Source of the DNA: a virus | Length of the DNA stretch: 37,585 nucleotides | Reading direction: 5' to 3' (one strand) | Virus genome (UHGV): UHGV-0147806 | Part shown: piece by piece, positions 28,892 through 37,585 of the stretch | Position numbering within the stretch: the first letter of the stretch is position 1 | Layout of the letters: each line of letters opens with the position of its first letter | The notes under the pieces: model-generated | What the model was told of the DNA's origin: nothing | The model's database searches: none | The model's input: the letters and a program-made list of their open reading frames with translations, nothing else | Position numbers and translations under genes: made by a program

Positions 28892-29987
28892 ACGGCTGCG
28901 TGATGAATCAATTGCTCATGCAGTCTGGATATCCCGCTATAGCACTGGCGTGGCTGCCAGAATGGTGAAAATACTGAATGACAGCGATGCGGAACTTACT
29001 GCTCGCCTGCTGATAGCACTGGACAGCCTCGATCCAGGTAGTTTTACCGTTAAGCGCCTGGAGTCACTTCTGGCGAGCGTCAGAGAGGTTAACCGCACTG
29101 CTATTAACAGCATGTTTACCAGTCTCTCCGGAGAGCTGAACGAGCTGGCAATTTATGAGGCTGGTTATCAGTTAAGTCTGTTTGATTCTATGCTACCTGA
29201 TTTTGTTGCTGATGTTCACCCTCTGGTTGGTATCTCTCCTGATGCACTTTATGCCGCTGCAATGGCGCGACCATTCCAGGGACGACTGCTCAGTGAGTGG
29301 ACCTCAGATCTTGAGGCGGATCGGCTCAGACGCATAACAAATACAGTGCGTCAGGGTTTTTTGCTGGGGGATACCAATGAGCAGATCGCAAGAAAAATTC
29401 GGGGACATGTCAGTAAGGGATTTCAGGATGGTGCATTGCAGATGAGCCGGGCTAATGCGGCCAGCATTGCAAAAACAGCGGTTGGACATCTTGCTGCTAC
29501 TGCCCGTGAGAGTTTTGCCAGCGCGAATAATGATTTGATTAAGGGTAAGCAATGGTTATCAACGCTTGATAATCGTACTACGCCACAATGTCGAATCAGG
29601 GATCGCCTCAAATATACGCTGAATAATAAACCTGTAGGTCACAGCGTGCCTTATTTGCAGGGGCCGGGAAAAATTCATTTCTGCTGCCGCTCAACGGAAA
29701 CGTTCATTCTGAAATCAGCGAAGGAACTGGGTATTGATGTTCGCGATATTTCCCCGGCTGAGCGGGCCAGCATGGATGGCGTGGTGGCCGGAGATACAAC
29801 CTACAGGGAATGGTTTTTGCGTCAGCCTTACACCAGACAAAAACAGATTGTGGGGGAAAGCCGAGCAAAGCTGATTCGGGATGGTGGTATGTCGCCAGAT
29901 GAATTTTACACCGATAAAGGCGAATGGCTGACGCTGAAGCAGCTCCGTGAGCGTGATGCACAGGTATTCAGAAAAGCAGGGATTTAA
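28872..29987 (+). CDS. Head morphogenesis protein (Mu F / SPP1 gp7-like, 371 aa)
   Basis: Position after the portal, overlapping its 3' end. Confidence 0.65.
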   Translation: MMQTVNERLRDESIAHAVWISRYSTGVAARMVKILNDSDAELTARLLIALDSLDPGSFTVKRLESLLASVREVNRTAINSMFTSLSGELNELAIYEAGYQLSLFDSMLPDFVADVHPLVGISPDALYAAAMARPFQGRLLSEWTSDLEADRLRRITNTVRQGFLLGDTNEQIARKIRGHVSKGFQDGALQMSRANAASIAKTAVGHLAATARESFASANNDLIKGKQWLSTLDNRTTPQCRIRDRLKYTLNNKPVGHSVPYLQGPGKIHFCCRSTETFILKSAKELGIDVRDISPAERASMDGVVAGDTTYREWFLRQPYTRQKQIVGESRAKLIRDGGMSPDEFYTDKGEWLTLKQLRERDAQVFRKAGI

Positions 29988-30006
29988 ATAAATCATTTAT
30001 TACAAC

Positions 30007-30031
30007 AGGCTACCTTCGGGTGGCCTTTTTT
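30007..30031 (+). terminator. Intrinsic terminator-like hairpin between head morphogenesis and scaffold genes
   Basis: GGCTACC-ttcg-GGTGGCC (one G-U pair) followed by TTTTTT. Confidence 0.6.
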
Positions 30032-30091
30032 ATTGCTGCGATCCGGATGGTGAGCAGCGTAACTGTCGGAAGACTTAAACCAGGTACTAAT

Positions 30092-30856
30092 ATGAAACTG
30101 AAAACGGTCGAGATTAACGGAAAACAATACGCAGAAATTGATACTGCTGGCCTGCCAGTTTATGTGCACGACGATGGTAAAGAAATTGGCTTCGATGCAC
30201 CGCTGGCGACAAAAAAAATTACAGAGCTTAATGGCGAGGCAAAAAATCATCGCCTGGCTAAAGAAGCTGCAGAGGAAAAACTGGCTAAGTTTGCCGCTAT
30301 CGAAGACCCGAAGAAGGCGATCGAGGCACTGGAAATGCTGTCAAAAATCGACCAGAAAAAGCTGCTCGATGCGGGACAGGTTGACCAGGTTAAGGCAGAA
30401 ATTACGAAAAATTTTCAGCAGCAATTAGATGAAGAAAAGCAACGCTCTCAGATGCTGGAGAAGCAGCTTTACGATTCTATGATTGGCGGTAGTTTTGCGG
30501 GTTCAAAATATATTGCCGATAAAATTGCGATCCCGGCAGATTTATTACAAGCCCGCTTCGGGCAGGCATTCAAAGTGGAAGAAGGGAGGATCGTTGCTTA
30601 TGACGCTTCCGGCAACAAAATTTATTCCCGCGCGAAGCCTGGCGAACTGGCGCAGTTTGATGAGGCGCTGGAGTTCCTTGTCGAAAATTACCCTCAGAAA
30701 GACTACATCCTGAAAGCCAGTGGCAACAATGGCGGCGGCTCCCGTCCGACACAGCATGATATTGGTCAGAAAACGATGAAACGCTCTGCTTTTGATGCAC
30801 TGGATGTTGCAGGTAAGCAAAACGCATTGAAAGACGGTATCACAATCGTTGATTAA
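30092..30856 (+). CDS. Scaffolding protein (about 255 aa, coiled-coil rich)
   Basis: ATG at 30092 downstream of the terminator; charged coiled-coil segments (EAAEEKLAKFAAIEDPKKAIEALEML ...). Confidence 0.6.
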   Translation: MKLKTVEINGKQYAEIDTAGLPVYVHDDGKEIGFDAPLATKKITELNGEAKNHRLAKEAAEEKLAKFAAIEDPKKAIEALEMLSKIDQKKLLDAGQVDQVKAEITKNFQQQLDEEKQRSQMLEKQLYDSMIGGSFAGSKYIADKIAIPADLLQARFGQAFKVEEGRIVAYDASGNKIYSRAKPGELAQFDEALEFLVENYPQKDYILKASGNNGGGSRPTQHDIGQKTMKRSAFDALDVAGKQNALKDGITIVD

Positions 30857-30954
30857 CACATTTGTCAGCTTCCGGATGGGAGCTGGTGTCAGGGCTGGAT
30901 AGCTCATTACTCCATCTATTCACAATTACGCAAATTTTTAAGGAATATTTAATT

Positions 30955-31527
30955 ATGGCTGGAAATACCCTGACCGGGTTGATCCCGACTATTTATACCG
31001 CCCTGGATGTTGTATCCCGTGAGCAGGTAGGTTTTATCCCTGCGGTAGCAAAAAACGCAAAAGCTGACGCCGCAGCAAAAGATCAGACGGTAACCGCGCC
31101 AGTTGCGCCTGAGGCGAAAACCGAAGATATCGTACCGGGGCCGTCAGCTCCGAATACCGGTGATCAAAATATTGGCACTGTTGATGTAAAAATTACTAAA
31201 TCCAAAATGGCACCGGTTAAATGGAATGGTGAAGAACAACTGGCTCTTGGCCCTTCAGGGACTTACAACACCATTCTGGCTGATCAGTTCAAGCAGGCTT
31301 TTCGCGCCCTTGCAAACGAGGTTGAGGCTGATCTTGGTGCGTTGTATTTCGGTGCTTCCCGCGCCGTGGGAACCGCAGGGACAACGCCGTTTGGTGTTAA
31401 AGATGATCTTTCTGATGCTGCTCTGGCTCGTCAGGTTACCGCAGCAGATGAAGCACCTACGATAACCAGAAAAAAAAATTCCCCGGCTGCCGTGATCGCA
31501 AAAGCCAGTGCTGAGGCGATTAGTTGA
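30955..31527 (+). CDS. Capsid-like protein, short (190 aa); possibly a 3'-truncated major capsid gene
   Basis: ATG after AAGGAATATTTAATT; occupies the position expected for the major capsid gene but is too short for one. Confidence 0.35.
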   Translation: MAGNTLTGLIPTIYTALDVVSREQVGFIPAVAKNAKADAAAKDQTVTAPVAPEAKTEDIVPGPSAPNTGDQNIGTVDVKITKSKMAPVKWNGEEQLALGPSGTYNTILADQFKQAFRALANEVEADLGALYFGASRAVGTAGTTPFGVKDDLSDAALARQVTAADEAPTITRKKNSPAAVIAKASAEAIS

Positions 31528-31575
31528 TTTTCCGTTATTCCTCCTGTGGTACTGCCCTACAGGGGGACGCATTGA

Positions 31576-32037
31576 ATGAGGTTATGGATGTTTATTCTTA
31601 ATCAGAAAATTATCATTGGTGGAGAACGCTGGTTTACGCCAATGAAGGACTTAAAACCTGTAGACGGGTTAAAACTGTTGGTGGCAAGCAGCGATAACGA
31701 TCAGTATCGCTCCCGTAATGCATTAATCCGTCGCCACATTGAGAAAATGGATGCCAGTTTGCACGTCGGAACGAAGGAGTTTGATATTTCAAAGGTTTCC
31801 GAGGTGGATTCTGTTGATGATTTACTCATTGATAATGCCGCTCGTTATCTGCTGAAAGACTGGAAAGGGGTTGGTGAACTGGTTAATGGTGTTGAGGTTG
31901 CACTGGAATATACGGCAGAACGAGGGATCGCGCTGCTTAAGCAGAATCCAGAGTTGTACTGGCAGATCCTTGCAGAAGCAGCCAGCATCGCCCAGGGTAA
32001 AGAGCAGCAGAAGCAGGATACGATAAAAAAGCCATAG
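31576..32037 (+). CDS. Tail assembly chaperone (lambda G-like, 153 aa)
   Basis: Located directly upstream of the tape measure gene; ends two codons after an A_AAA_AAG slippery heptamer. Confidence 0.65.
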   Translation: MRLWMFILNQKIIIGGERWFTPMKDLKPVDGLKLLVASSDNDQYRSRNALIRRHIEKMDASLHVGTKEFDISKVSEVDSVDDLLIDNAARYLLKDWKGVGELVNGVEVALEYTAERGIALLKQNPELYWQILAEAASIAQGKEQQKQDTIKKP

Positions 32038-32345
32038 CTGCCCAGCGGTGGTTATCGGAGTTCGGGGGAGAAAGGGGGGAAAAGGCAAGATGGAAGCGAG
32101 AAAAACTCAGGTTGCCACCGATACCGGAACCAGAAATAGACCCGGTGCTTAAGGAGTTGTTGTACGCCTATTCGGTAATATCCCGTGCCCGACGTTATGC
32201 TGGAATGGCTGGGGTGCCTTTGCCTTTATCTCTGACAGAGATAAATGAATATTTAGCCACTCATCCGGTATTGATTGAGCGCGATGAATTTGAAGCAGTG
32301 ATCTTTGCACTGGATGACCAGTATTTTCAGGAGCAGTGTGTGTAG
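31576..32345 (+). CDS. Tail assembly chaperone G-T fusion produced by -1 frameshift at 32025-32031
   Basis: Hand translation of the -1 frame gives ...AIAAQRWLSEFGGERGEKARWKREKLRLPPIPEPEIDPVLKELL...QEQCV*; the G/G-T arrangement upstream of a tape measure gene is conserved in long-tailed phages. Confidence 0.55.
32025..32031 (+). promoter_or_regulatory. Slippery heptamer A_AAA_AAG for -1 programmed ribosomal frameshift (G to G-T)
   Basis: Heptamer is in register with the G frame; the -1 frame is open from 32001 to 32345. Confidence 0.65.
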
Positions 32346-32465
32346 TTGTTAATTACGTACACTCTGTTACAGAGATGTGATGGTGTCTTTAATTAAATCG
32401 ATGATGCTCCTGGAGAAAAGCATTGCGTGGCCTCGTAATCGCTATATCTACTATTATGTCGCCTG

Positions 32466-32490
32466 AAACCCACTTCGCGGTGGGTTTTTT
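32466..32490 (+). terminator. Intrinsic terminator-like hairpin between G-T and the tape measure gene
   Basis: AACCCAC-ttcgcg-GTGGGTT followed by TTTTTT. Confidence 0.55.
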
Positions 32491-32510
32491 GTTGTCAGGA
32501 GTTTTAATAA

Positions 32511-35500
32511 ATGGCAGAGCAAACCTCGCGTCTCGCAATAATTATTGATAGCACTGGAGCGAAAAATAATGCTGACAATCTGACCTCCTCATTAGTCAAA
32601 ATGACGCAGGCTGGGGAAACTGCTGCAAATAGCGCAGGGAAAGTGACTAAGGCAACAGAAGATGAGAAGAACGCGCTCGCAAAATTAAAAGCAGCTATTG
32701 ATCCAGTTGGTGCCGCAATTGATACTGTCGGTCGACGCTATTCTGAATTAAAGAAATTTTTCGATAAAGGGCTTATTGATAAAGAAGAATATGAATTTCT
32801 TGTCCGTAAACTTAATGAAACCACAGAGGAATTGAGCGGGGTTGCGCAAGCGCAGAGAGAAGCCGAGAAGGCCGGAAAACTTGCTGCCGCCCAGCAGGAA
32901 GCGCAGGCTCAGGCCTTTCAAAGAATGCTGGACAAGATCGACCCTCTGGCTGCGGCGCTAAGAAATCTTGAACAACAGCATGATGAACTTAATGCTGCGT
33001 TTGCATCCGGGAAAATAAATGGTTCTCAGTTTGAGAATTATAGCCGAAAAATACAGGAAACACGGCGAGAGCTTACCGGAGAGGCTCAGGCAGAGCGAGA
33101 AGCAGCAAAAGCGCATGATGAACAGGTTGTTGCTTTGCAACGTCTGATTGCTCAACTTGATCCTGTCGGAACTGCTTTTAATCGTCTGGTAGAACAACAG
33201 AAACAGCTCAATGAAGCAAAAGCTAAGGGGATGCTTTCTCCTGAAATGTATGAGGAGCTTTCTGGAAAACTTCGTGCTATGCGGAGTGAGCTTGAGGTTA
33301 CTCAATCACAATTAAGCAAAACCGGAATGTCGGCAAAACAAACGGCTTTTGCTATGCGCATGTTGCCTGCACAAATGACGGATATTGTTGTTGGGTTGTC
33401 CACTGGTCAGTCGCCATTTATGGTGTTAATGCAGCAGGGCGGCCAGCTAAAAGATATGTTCGGTGGGATTGGCCCGGCGATCAAAGGTGTAGGTTCTTAT
33501 GTGCTGGGATTAATTAATCCTTTTACCCTGGCCGCAGCAGCCGTTGGGGTCTTAGGACTGGCTTACTATAAAGGCTCTCAGGAGCAGGACGAATTTAATA
33601 AATCTCTTATTCTTACCGGAAATCAGTTGGGGACAACCAGCGGGCAATTGGGCGATATAGCTCAACGTGCCGGGAATGCGGCTGATTCGACAACTGGTGC
33701 TGCGGCGGCAGTATTAAATCAGCTTGTGCGTTCGGGAAAGGTAGCGAGCAGTTCGCTGGAGCAAGTGACGACAGCGATAGTAAAAACGAGCGAAGTAACA
33801 GGAATATCAACCGAACAACTGGTTAATGACTTCAATGAAATTGCAAAGGATCCTGTCAGTGCCATATCAAAACTTAATGATCAGTACCATTTTCTGACAC
33901 TTGCGACTTATAACCAGATTAAGGCGCTACAGGATGAAGGGAACCAGCAGGAGGCCGCCCGCATTGCGACAGAAGAATACTCATCCTCAATGATCCAGCG
34001 CACCAACCAGATTAAAGAAAATCTTGGTTATCTTGAGACTGCATGGAAAGCTGTCGCAGACTCCGCAAAATGGGCATGGGATTCCATGCTGGATATTGGC
34101 CGTGAGGCCTCCCTTGATCAAAAAATCTCAGATGTTCTCCGTCAAATTGATGAAATAGAAAAAAATACCCGACCCGGAGTTTTCGGGTTAGGTGGCATTG
34201 GAGATGGCGGAGCTCAAAATAAAAGGCTGGCACGATTAAAGCAGCAATTGGGCGTACTTCAAGCAGAAAAAATTGCTCAGGACGTACTAAATTCATCAAT
34301 AAACGATTACAACAAGCGACAACAGGAAGGAATTGAACTCAGACAGAGAGCAGATGCCTTTTCAAAACAATATCAGACCCGGGAGCAGCAGAGAGCTAGT
34401 GAACTTGCAAAACTGGAAAAGCTAAAGAATCAGTATTCAAAGGAAGAATATAATAATCTTATCGCTCAAATAAATGAGCGTTATAAAGATCCAAAGCAAC
34501 CAAAGGCGAAAGGTTATTCTGATGATGCAGCCCAACGAATGATTGATCATCTGAATCAACAGAATGCGTTACTAAGTTCACAAGCTGAGTTGACCGTTAA
34601 ATTAAGTTCCTCTGAACAGGAACTGGTTAAGTGGCGTCAGCGGATTGCCGACCTAGAGTCACGACCATCATCGAAATTAACCCAGGATCAGAAATCGCTT
34701 CTCTTACACCGGGAAGAAATAACCACGTTGATGGAGAAAAATGTTGCGATTGAAAAAAATAACAGGCTAATCAAGGAATCCGCCGAAATAACAGCATGGC
34801 GTGATTCATTGCAGGCTTCGATTGATAATCGTCAGCAGGGGTATGATATTCAGATTGCTGGTTATGGGGTTGGCGATAAAAATCAGCAACGCCAGCAGGA
34901 ATTACTGCGGATTGAACATGGATATAACAATCAGCGTCTGCAACTTGAACGTGACTATGCAGATAAATCCCGTGGAATGTCAGATCATGTTTTTCAAGAG
35001 AAAATGCAGGCTCTGAATGATGCTCTGGAACGGGAAAAAGAAATTGTCAGACAGAAAAACGAGCAGCTCGATATTCAGGCAGGAGACTGGGTTAGTGGTG
35101 CCTCCCAGGGATTCAATAACTGGCTGGATGACACTAAGGATATCAGTGAGCAGATAAAATCAACCACGACTCAGATGTTTGATGGGATGACCGATGCGCT
35201 GGGTGATTTTGTCACGACAGGCAAGGCAAATTTTCGTTCTTTCGCTACTTCCGTGATTTCGGATCTTAGTCGAATAGCATTAAAGGCTTCAATTACTGGG
35301 ATTATCGACAGCATTAGTAACAGTTCTTCTGGGGGGATTTTAGGAACTATCGGGAGTGCTATTAGTAAATTTATTCCGAATGCAAAGGGCGGTGTTTATG
35401 AGTCTCCGTCATTGAGCACGTATTCGAACGGTATTTATGATTCCCCGCAATTTTTTGCTTTTGCAAAAGGGGCTGGTGTTTTTGGTGAGGCTGGACCGGA

Positions 35501-35744
35501 AGCCATTATGCCATTAACACGAACTTCCGATGGTTCTCTTGGTGTCAGAGCTATTAATAGTAAAAGTGGTAATGGAGGCGGAGATATTACCTATGCCCCT
35601 GTATACCAAATCACTATTCAAAATGACGGCCAGAATGGAGAGATTGGCCCTCAGGCAATAAAAGCACTTATGGGGATGGTTGATCAGCGGGTGCAGGGCA
35701 ATCTGTTAAATATGCGACGTGATGGGGGAATGTTAAGTGGCTAA
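32511..35744 (+). CDS. Tail tape measure protein (1077 aa)
   Basis: Very long, coiled-coil-rich ORF after G/G-T. Confidence 0.9.
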
Positions 35745-36075
35745 TACGGAAGAATTTCACTGGTTACCAGAGGATGGAATGAAAACAGAAAATAAACCAT
35801 CGATAAAAACTGTAAGATTTGGTGATGGTTATGAGCAACGAAGTCCAAATGGACTTAATCATTCTCTGCGCGTTTTCACCTGTGATTTCAAAGTTGAGGC
35901 GAATGAACGTGATTCATTTGAAAAATTTTTAGCCCGGCATGAAGGCTATAAATCTTTTTTTTGGCGCCCGCCGGGTATTAACAGAAAAATCAGAGTGGTG
36001 TGTCGAACGTGGTCAGCGACAGAACATATCACCTATACCGATTTTTCGTGTCAGTTTGACGAAGTGGTGATCTGA
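35737..36075 (+). CDS. Minor tail protein M (lambda M-like, 112 aa)
   Basis: Overlaps the tape measure stop; [12 protein letters not shown] motif resembles lambda M as I recall it. Confidence 0.8.
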
Positions 36076-37001
36076 TGCAGGACATACAACAGGAAACGCT
36101 GAATGAATGCATTCGTGCGGAGCAGTCGGCCAGCGTGGTGCTCTGGGAAATCGACCTGACCGAGGTAGGCGGGGATCGCTACTTTTTCTGCAATGAGCAG
36201 AACGAGAAAGGAGAGTCTGTCACCTGGCAGAGTCGGCAGTATCAGGCCTATCCCATTCAGGGGAGTGGATTTGAGATGAACGGCAAAGGTGCCAGTGCAA
36301 GGCCAACGCTGAAAGTCTCTAATCTGCACGGCATGGTCACCGGGATGGCGGAAGACCTGCAGAGTCTGGTCGGCGGAACGGTGGTCAGGCGTAAGGTTTA
36401 CGCCCGTTTTCTGGATGCGGTGAACTTCGTCAACGGAAACAGTGACGCCGATCCGGAGCAGGAGGTGATCAGCCGCTGGCGTATTGAGCAGTGCAGCGAA
36501 CTGAGCGCGGTCAGTGCCTCCTTTGTACTGTCCACGCCGACGGAAACGGACGGCGCTGTTTTTCCGGGGCGCATCATGCTTGCTAATACCTGCACCTGGA
36601 CCTATCGCGGTGATGAGTGCGGTTATCACGGTCCGGCGGTCGCGGATGAATATGACCAGCCAACGTCCGATACCCATAGTGTTAGCGGTACGGCTGCTTC
36701 AGCCGGTGCACATACCCATTCGATAACATTTGTTTCAGGTGGCACCAAAGGTGCTCCGGGAAGTGGATCACCTGATTATTCTAAATACAGTGTTAACACT
36801 TCTTCTGCAGGCGCTCATACGCACTCTGTATCGGGTACTGCTGCAAGCGCAGGTGCACACGCACATACTGTAGGTATTGGTGCGCATACGCACTCCGTTG
36901 CGATTGGTTCACATGGACACACCATCACCGTTAACGCAGCTGGTAACGCGGAAAACACCGTCAAAAACATCGCATTTAACTATATTGTGAGGCTTGCATA
37001 A
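36075..37001 (+). CDS. Chimeric ORF: lambda L-like minor tail protein (residues 1-199) fused to a side-tail-fibre C-terminus with His-x-His repeats
   Basis: N-terminal two thirds closely resemble lambda L as I recall it; after QPTSD the sequence switches to GAHTHS repeats ending [11 protein letters not shown]. Confidence 0.75.
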   Translation: MQDIQQETLNECIRAEQSASVVLWEIDLTEVGGDRYFFCNEQNEKGESVTWQSRQYQAYPIQGSGFEMNGKGASARPTLKVSNLHGMVTGMAEDLQSLVGGTVVRRKVYARFLDAVNFVNGNSDADPEQEVISRWRIEQCSELSAVSASFVLSTPTETDGAVFPGRIMLANTCTWTYRGDECGYHGPAVADEYDQPTSDTHSVSGTAASAGAHTHSITFVSGGTKGAPGSGSPDYSKYSVNTSSAGAHTHSVSGTAASAGAHAHTVGIGAHTHSVAIGSHGHTITVNAAGNAENTVKNIAFNYIVRLA

Positions 37002-37585
37002 TGGCATTCAGAATGAGTGAACAACCACGGACCATAAAAATTTATAATCTGCTGGCCGGAACTAATGAATTTATTGGTGAAGGTGATGCATATATTCCGC
37101 CTCATACAGGTCTGCCAGCAAACAGTACCGATATTGCACCGCCAGATATTCCGGCAGGCTTCGTGGCTGTTTTCAACAGTGATGAGGCATCGTGGCATCT
37201 CGTTGAAGACCATCGGGGTAAAACGGTTTATGACGTAGCGTCAGGGGACGCGTTATTTATTTCTGAACTCGGTCCGTTACCGGAAAATGTTACCTGGTTA
37301 TCGCCGGAAGGGGAGTTTCAGAAGTGGAACGGCACAGCCTGGGTGAAGGATACGGAAGCAGAAAAACTGTTCCGGATCCGGGAGGCGGAAGAAACAAAAA
37401 ACAACCTGATGCAGGTAGCCAGTGAGCATATTGCGCCGCTTCAGGATGCTGCAGATCTGGAAATTGCAACGGAGGAAGAAATCTCGTTGCTGGAAGCATG
37501 GAAAAAGTATCGGGTATTGCTGAACCGTGTTGATACGTCAACTGCACCTGATATTGAGTGGCCTACGAACCCTGTCAGGGAGTAA
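37001..37585 (+). CDS. tfaR: Tail fibre assembly protein (TfaR-like, 194 aa)
   Basis: The translation matches my recollection of Rac TfaR; start overlaps the upstream stop. Confidence 0.85.
   Translation: MAFRMSEQPRTIKIYNLLAGTNEFIGEGDAYIPPHTGLPANSTDIAPPDIPAGFVAVFNSDEASWHLVEDHRGKTVYDVASGDALFISELGPLPENVTWLSPEGEFQKWNGTAWVKDTEAEKLFRIREAEETKNNLMQVASEHIAPLQDAADLEIATEEEISLLEAWKKYRVLLNRVDTSTAPDIEWPTNPVRE

Noticed and set aside
1-37585. CRISPR arrays or insertion sequences
   Set aside because: No regularly spaced direct repeats and no transposase-like ORFs or terminal inverted repeats were seen.

Overview
This 37.6-kb window is almost entirely a lambdoid (Rac-type) prophage of Escherichia coli, read from the integrase end to the tail-fibre assembly gene. 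Identification rests on reading the supplied ORF translations and comparing them from memory with E. coli K-12 Rac, DLP12 and lambda proteins; no database search was run. Leftward early region (minus strand): integrase, excisionase-like, RalR-like, RecT, RecE (866 aa), RacC, YdaE, KilR, with SieB on the opposite strand, then YdaF and YdaG. Immunity and replication: a leftward XRE-type repressor flanked by GTAC-core operator repeats, then rightward cro-like YdaS, YdaT, YdaU, DnaC-like YdaV and a YdaW-like gene with a probable N-terminal frameshift. An AT-rich accessory island (about 11530-16600) follows, carrying a three-gene operon of unrecognisable proteins (11827-14829) and a convergent DUF1971/YeaR-like gene; this operon is the best candidate for an undescribed system, most plausibly anti-phage defence or abortive infection. 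Next come nin-region genes, a Q-like antiterminator with a tR'-like terminator, two tandem lipoproteins whose C-termini resemble TolA domain III, a phage-21-type lysis cassette (dual-start holin, SAR endolysin, Rz with embedded Rz1) and the cargo gene trkG. The late region holds a ParB-like protein, a GT-A-like protein, small and large terminase (the large subunit interrupted by an in-frame TAG), portal, Mu-F-like head protein, scaffold, a short capsid-like ORF, tail chaperone G with a -1 frameshift site into T, tape measure, M, a chimeric L::side-tail-fibre ORF and Tfa. The element looks more complete than the K-12 Rac remnant but is probably defective. No rRNA, tRNA, CRISPR array or IS transposase was seen.
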